The notes below the pieces were generated by a model, which saw nothing but the letters and a program-made list of their open reading frames with translations, made no database searches and was not told the origin of the DNA. A program made the translations under genes and the position numbers. A stretch of DNA of 64,000 nt from Bdellovibrionia bacterium. GTDB taxonomy: Bacteria > Bdellovibrionota > Bdellovibrionia > Bdellovibrionales > JAGQZY01. The stretch spans positions 6,756-70,755 of the forward strand of contig JAUICP010000003.1 of the NCBI GenBank assembly GCA_030427805.1, in the 5' to 3' direction. Shown piece after piece: positions 62,435-64,000 of this stretch (positions within the stretch are counted from its first letter, which is position 1; each line of letters starts with the position of its first letter).

Positions 62435-64000
62435 ATGATGGCTTTAAGAGAATTATTTTTTAAAACTGGATTTCTAAATCTTCAGAAAAGCAAAAGAAGC
62501 CTGCAGGTCACCCTCGGGCTTCTTGCTGTTTTTCTCATAATCCCCATCTTCTTTCTCATTTCTCAAACCTACTCTCAACTCGAGCGCGAAGCTTTCTTCA
62601 TGCAGAGAACAAATGCCGAAGGTCTTCTAGCACAAATTGATCAACGGGCCTACGAACTCATTCGACTCGAGGAAGAACGTAAATTCGAAGACTATTCTTT
62701 CTTGCACTTGAGCCGAACCGGCCAGTCGGGATATCTCCGGCTTTCTCCCTTGGCTAGTATTCCACCCATCACAGCCATTCCGGGAGTCATCGGCTATTTT
62801 CAGATCGAACCCGACGGACGCATGAGCTCTCCGATCCTCCCAGAAGATGTGATCGATGCGCGCAATTATGGAATTTCTCGCGAAGAGTACCGGCGAAGAC
62901 GTGAGCTTATCAACCAAATGAAGTCTATTCTCACCAGTGGACAGTTTCTATCACAAAATGCCAAACAAAGAATTCTGCAGACTCCAGCTATCCCACAAAA
63001 AGAAGTAGACGCCGTCTTTGACGAAACAGCTTTTGATGAACCTGCTTTGAAAGAATTAGAAGAAGCCCTTTCTCCTGGCAAAAATCAAAAGTCCTCACCA
63101 AAAGTATTTAACAACGGTAATAACAAAAATCGCACAAAAGTCTCTGACCTTGAATTGGATTCCCCCATCCCCGAAGACGATGTGGCTGAAATGCCCGAGG
63201 CGAACTCGAAATGGAATTACCGCGCTAAAAAACGTCCACAACGAAAAACCCGACAAATCGAAGTCAGTATAGTGCGCCAGCGAATTCAGATCAAAAATGG
63301 TATAGAAACTCGAGAAGTCGGCCGCGGTAAGCTTTACTTCCAACCGCGCCAAAGAAAACTCAAGGGTCAAAATGAGGGCGCACCTTCTAGCCGAACGCAA
63401 CGGCAATCAGTTGCCCTCGACTCCTCGAGAAATGGAAAAGTCGACTCGACAAGAGACTCTAAAAAAGCTGAAGCCTCGCAATGGAATTCAGGAAAAGCTT
63501 CCCAGTCGAATCGCTCCCAGTGGAAACCCTACCCCACTTCTAATGCCAATTCATCGAATCGACTCAACAACAGTGGACAGAATGAATTGGCTGAGGATAT
63601 GCGAATCAATCGTCCAAAGCTCCCTGGTTCAAGCCCTATTTTTAAACCTATGAACCCCGAGCAGTGGTCTAAGGATAATCAAATTTTGAAGTTCAAGGGT
63701 GAGATGGACCCTTTTCAATTGACCCTTTTAGATTCGGGTGAAGTGATTTTCTATCGAAGAGTTTGGCGTGACGAACAACGATTCATTCAAGGGTTTATTC
63801 TCGACCGCAAAAGCTTCCTCAATACTTTATTTGAGCAAAGCTACCTTAATAGTGCGCTCTCAAAGTCGACGGACCTTATCCTAGCCTACAAAGGCGGCGT
63901 TCTTAAACGCTTTGAATCTGAACCCGAGAAAAGTCACTTTCAGGCGAAGCCTTCAAAAAAACGGGAAATCCTCCTGCTTCGCAGTAGTCTTTCTCCACCT
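62435..64000 (+). CDS. Membrane sensor histidine kinase, N-terminal part (runs off the window)
   Basis: Manually translated open frame from ATG 62435 to the window end (absent from the ORF track because it has no stop); TM VTLGLLAVFLIIPIFFLI, then EEERKFEDYSF, PGVIGYFQIEPDG, DPFQLTLLDSG..FYRRVWRD..RFIQG; follows an OmpR gene; kinase core not visible. Confidence 0.65.
   Translation, partial: MMALRELFFKTGFLNLQKSKRSLQVTLGLLAVFLIIPIFFLISQTYSQLEREAFFMQRTNAEGLLAQIDQRAYELIRLEEERKFEDYSFLHLSRTGQSGYLRLSPLASIPPITAIPGVIGYFQIEPDGRMSSPILPEDVIDARNYGISREEYRRRRELINQMKSILTSGQFLSQNAKQRILQTPAIPQKEVDAVFDETAFDEPALKELEEALSPGKNQKSSPKVFNNGNNKNRTKVSDLELDSPIPEDDVAEMPEANSKWNYRAKKRPQRKTRQIEVSIVRQRIQIKNGIETREVGRGKLYFQPRQRKLKGQNEGAPSSRTQRQSVALDSSRNGKVDSTRDSKKAEASQWNSGKASQSNRSQWKPYPTSNANSSNRLNNSGQNELAEDMRINRPKLPGSSPIFKPMNPEQWSKDNQILKFKGEMDPFQLTLLDSGEVIFYRRVWRDEQRFIQGFILDRKSFLNTLFEQSYLNSALSKSTDLILAYKGGVLKRFESEPEKSHFQAKPSKKREILLLRSSLSPP

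Overview
A gene-dense bacterial window. Gene content (Agl-Glt gliding-type genes, GYF_2/PilZ proteins, RxPAS-bearing exported proteins, a RAYT-like HUH protein) suggests Bdellovibrionota; this is an inference. From left to right: an exported acyltransferase homolog and a lipoprotein, each behind a sigma54-like site; feoAB; a five-gene luxE/luxC/adenylating-ligase/GNAT operon with no luciferase; a secreted protein-glutaminase-like enzyme; an Agl-Glt-like cluster (TPR, GYF-PilZ, Ig-repeat, gltF-, gltG- and aglRQS-like genes); an ArsS radical-SAM/glycosyltransferase cluster; a candidate sRNA; and ampG. The standout is a ~30 kb locus (29.1-59.6 kb). It encodes a natural FliF-FliG fusion rotor protein with an intact torque helix but no FliM-binding EHPQ motif, a MotA/MotB stator pair, three giant lipoprotein adhesins, two outer-membrane barrels, LysM and TPR lipoproteins, a 1350-aa coiled coil ending in a proline-rich motif, and a GYF membrane protein. 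It contains no rod, hook, filament, switch or export genes, so it is a candidate flagellum-independent rotary or adhesin-moving machine. The last 7 kb carry several unrelated intergenic tandem/hairpin arrays around the RAYT-like gene, an OmpR-family regulator and a sensor kinase truncated by the window edge. All family calls come from motif recognition by eye; no searches were run.
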